Source: Eledone cirrhosa (Eukaryota). From it: DNA of 64,000 nucleotides. Positions 63,901 to 64,000 of the stretch are shown here, piece by piece (the first letter of the stretch is position 1; each line of letters opens with the position of its first letter). The DNA is taken from assembly GCA_964016885.1 (NCBI GenBank), contig OZ024743.1:26412001-26476000 (forward strand). Direction: 5' to 3'. Under the pieces are notes generated by a model that did no database searches, had not been told where the DNA came from, and worked only from the letters and a program-made list of their open reading frames with translations. A program made the position numbers and the translations under genes.

Positions 63901-64000
63901 CCCACTAATGTGAAACACAAATTCAGAAGACCTCTCAAGACATTAAAAAGAATCACTGAAGAAGATACAGAATTGACCAGTGAAGGTAGTTAATGTTGGA

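Overview
AT-rich, repeat-dense animal genomic DNA. The SINE families, RTE/CR1/Tx1 LINEs and abundant (TA)n/(CA)n tracts suggest a coleoid cephalopod such as Octopus (inference only). The one convincing host gene is an intact acid ceramidase (ASAH1-like, 54011-55177) whose whole CDS lies in one exon. Nearly everything else is transposon-derived: three young RTE LINE copies (one near full length), a CR1-type LINE, Tx1-, CRE-, Penelope- and hAT-type remnants, a solo LTR, hAT/Tc1/piggyBac MITEs, two tRNA-headed SINE families, and a ~12 kb modular satellite/fold-back complex (33.2-45.5 kb) with telomere-like cores. The most notable signals are: (1) a dispersed non-histone repeat carrying a histone-mRNA 3' stem-loop, found in fold-back arrangements; (2) a perfect 289-bp palindrome with a branched tip; (3) an intact minimal hammerhead ribozyme in an inverted-repeat pair; (4) the same Trp-to-amber (TAG) stop in two inverted RTE copies, which A-to-I editing could in principle reverse. 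Boundaries of degenerate repeats are approximate and were read by eye.
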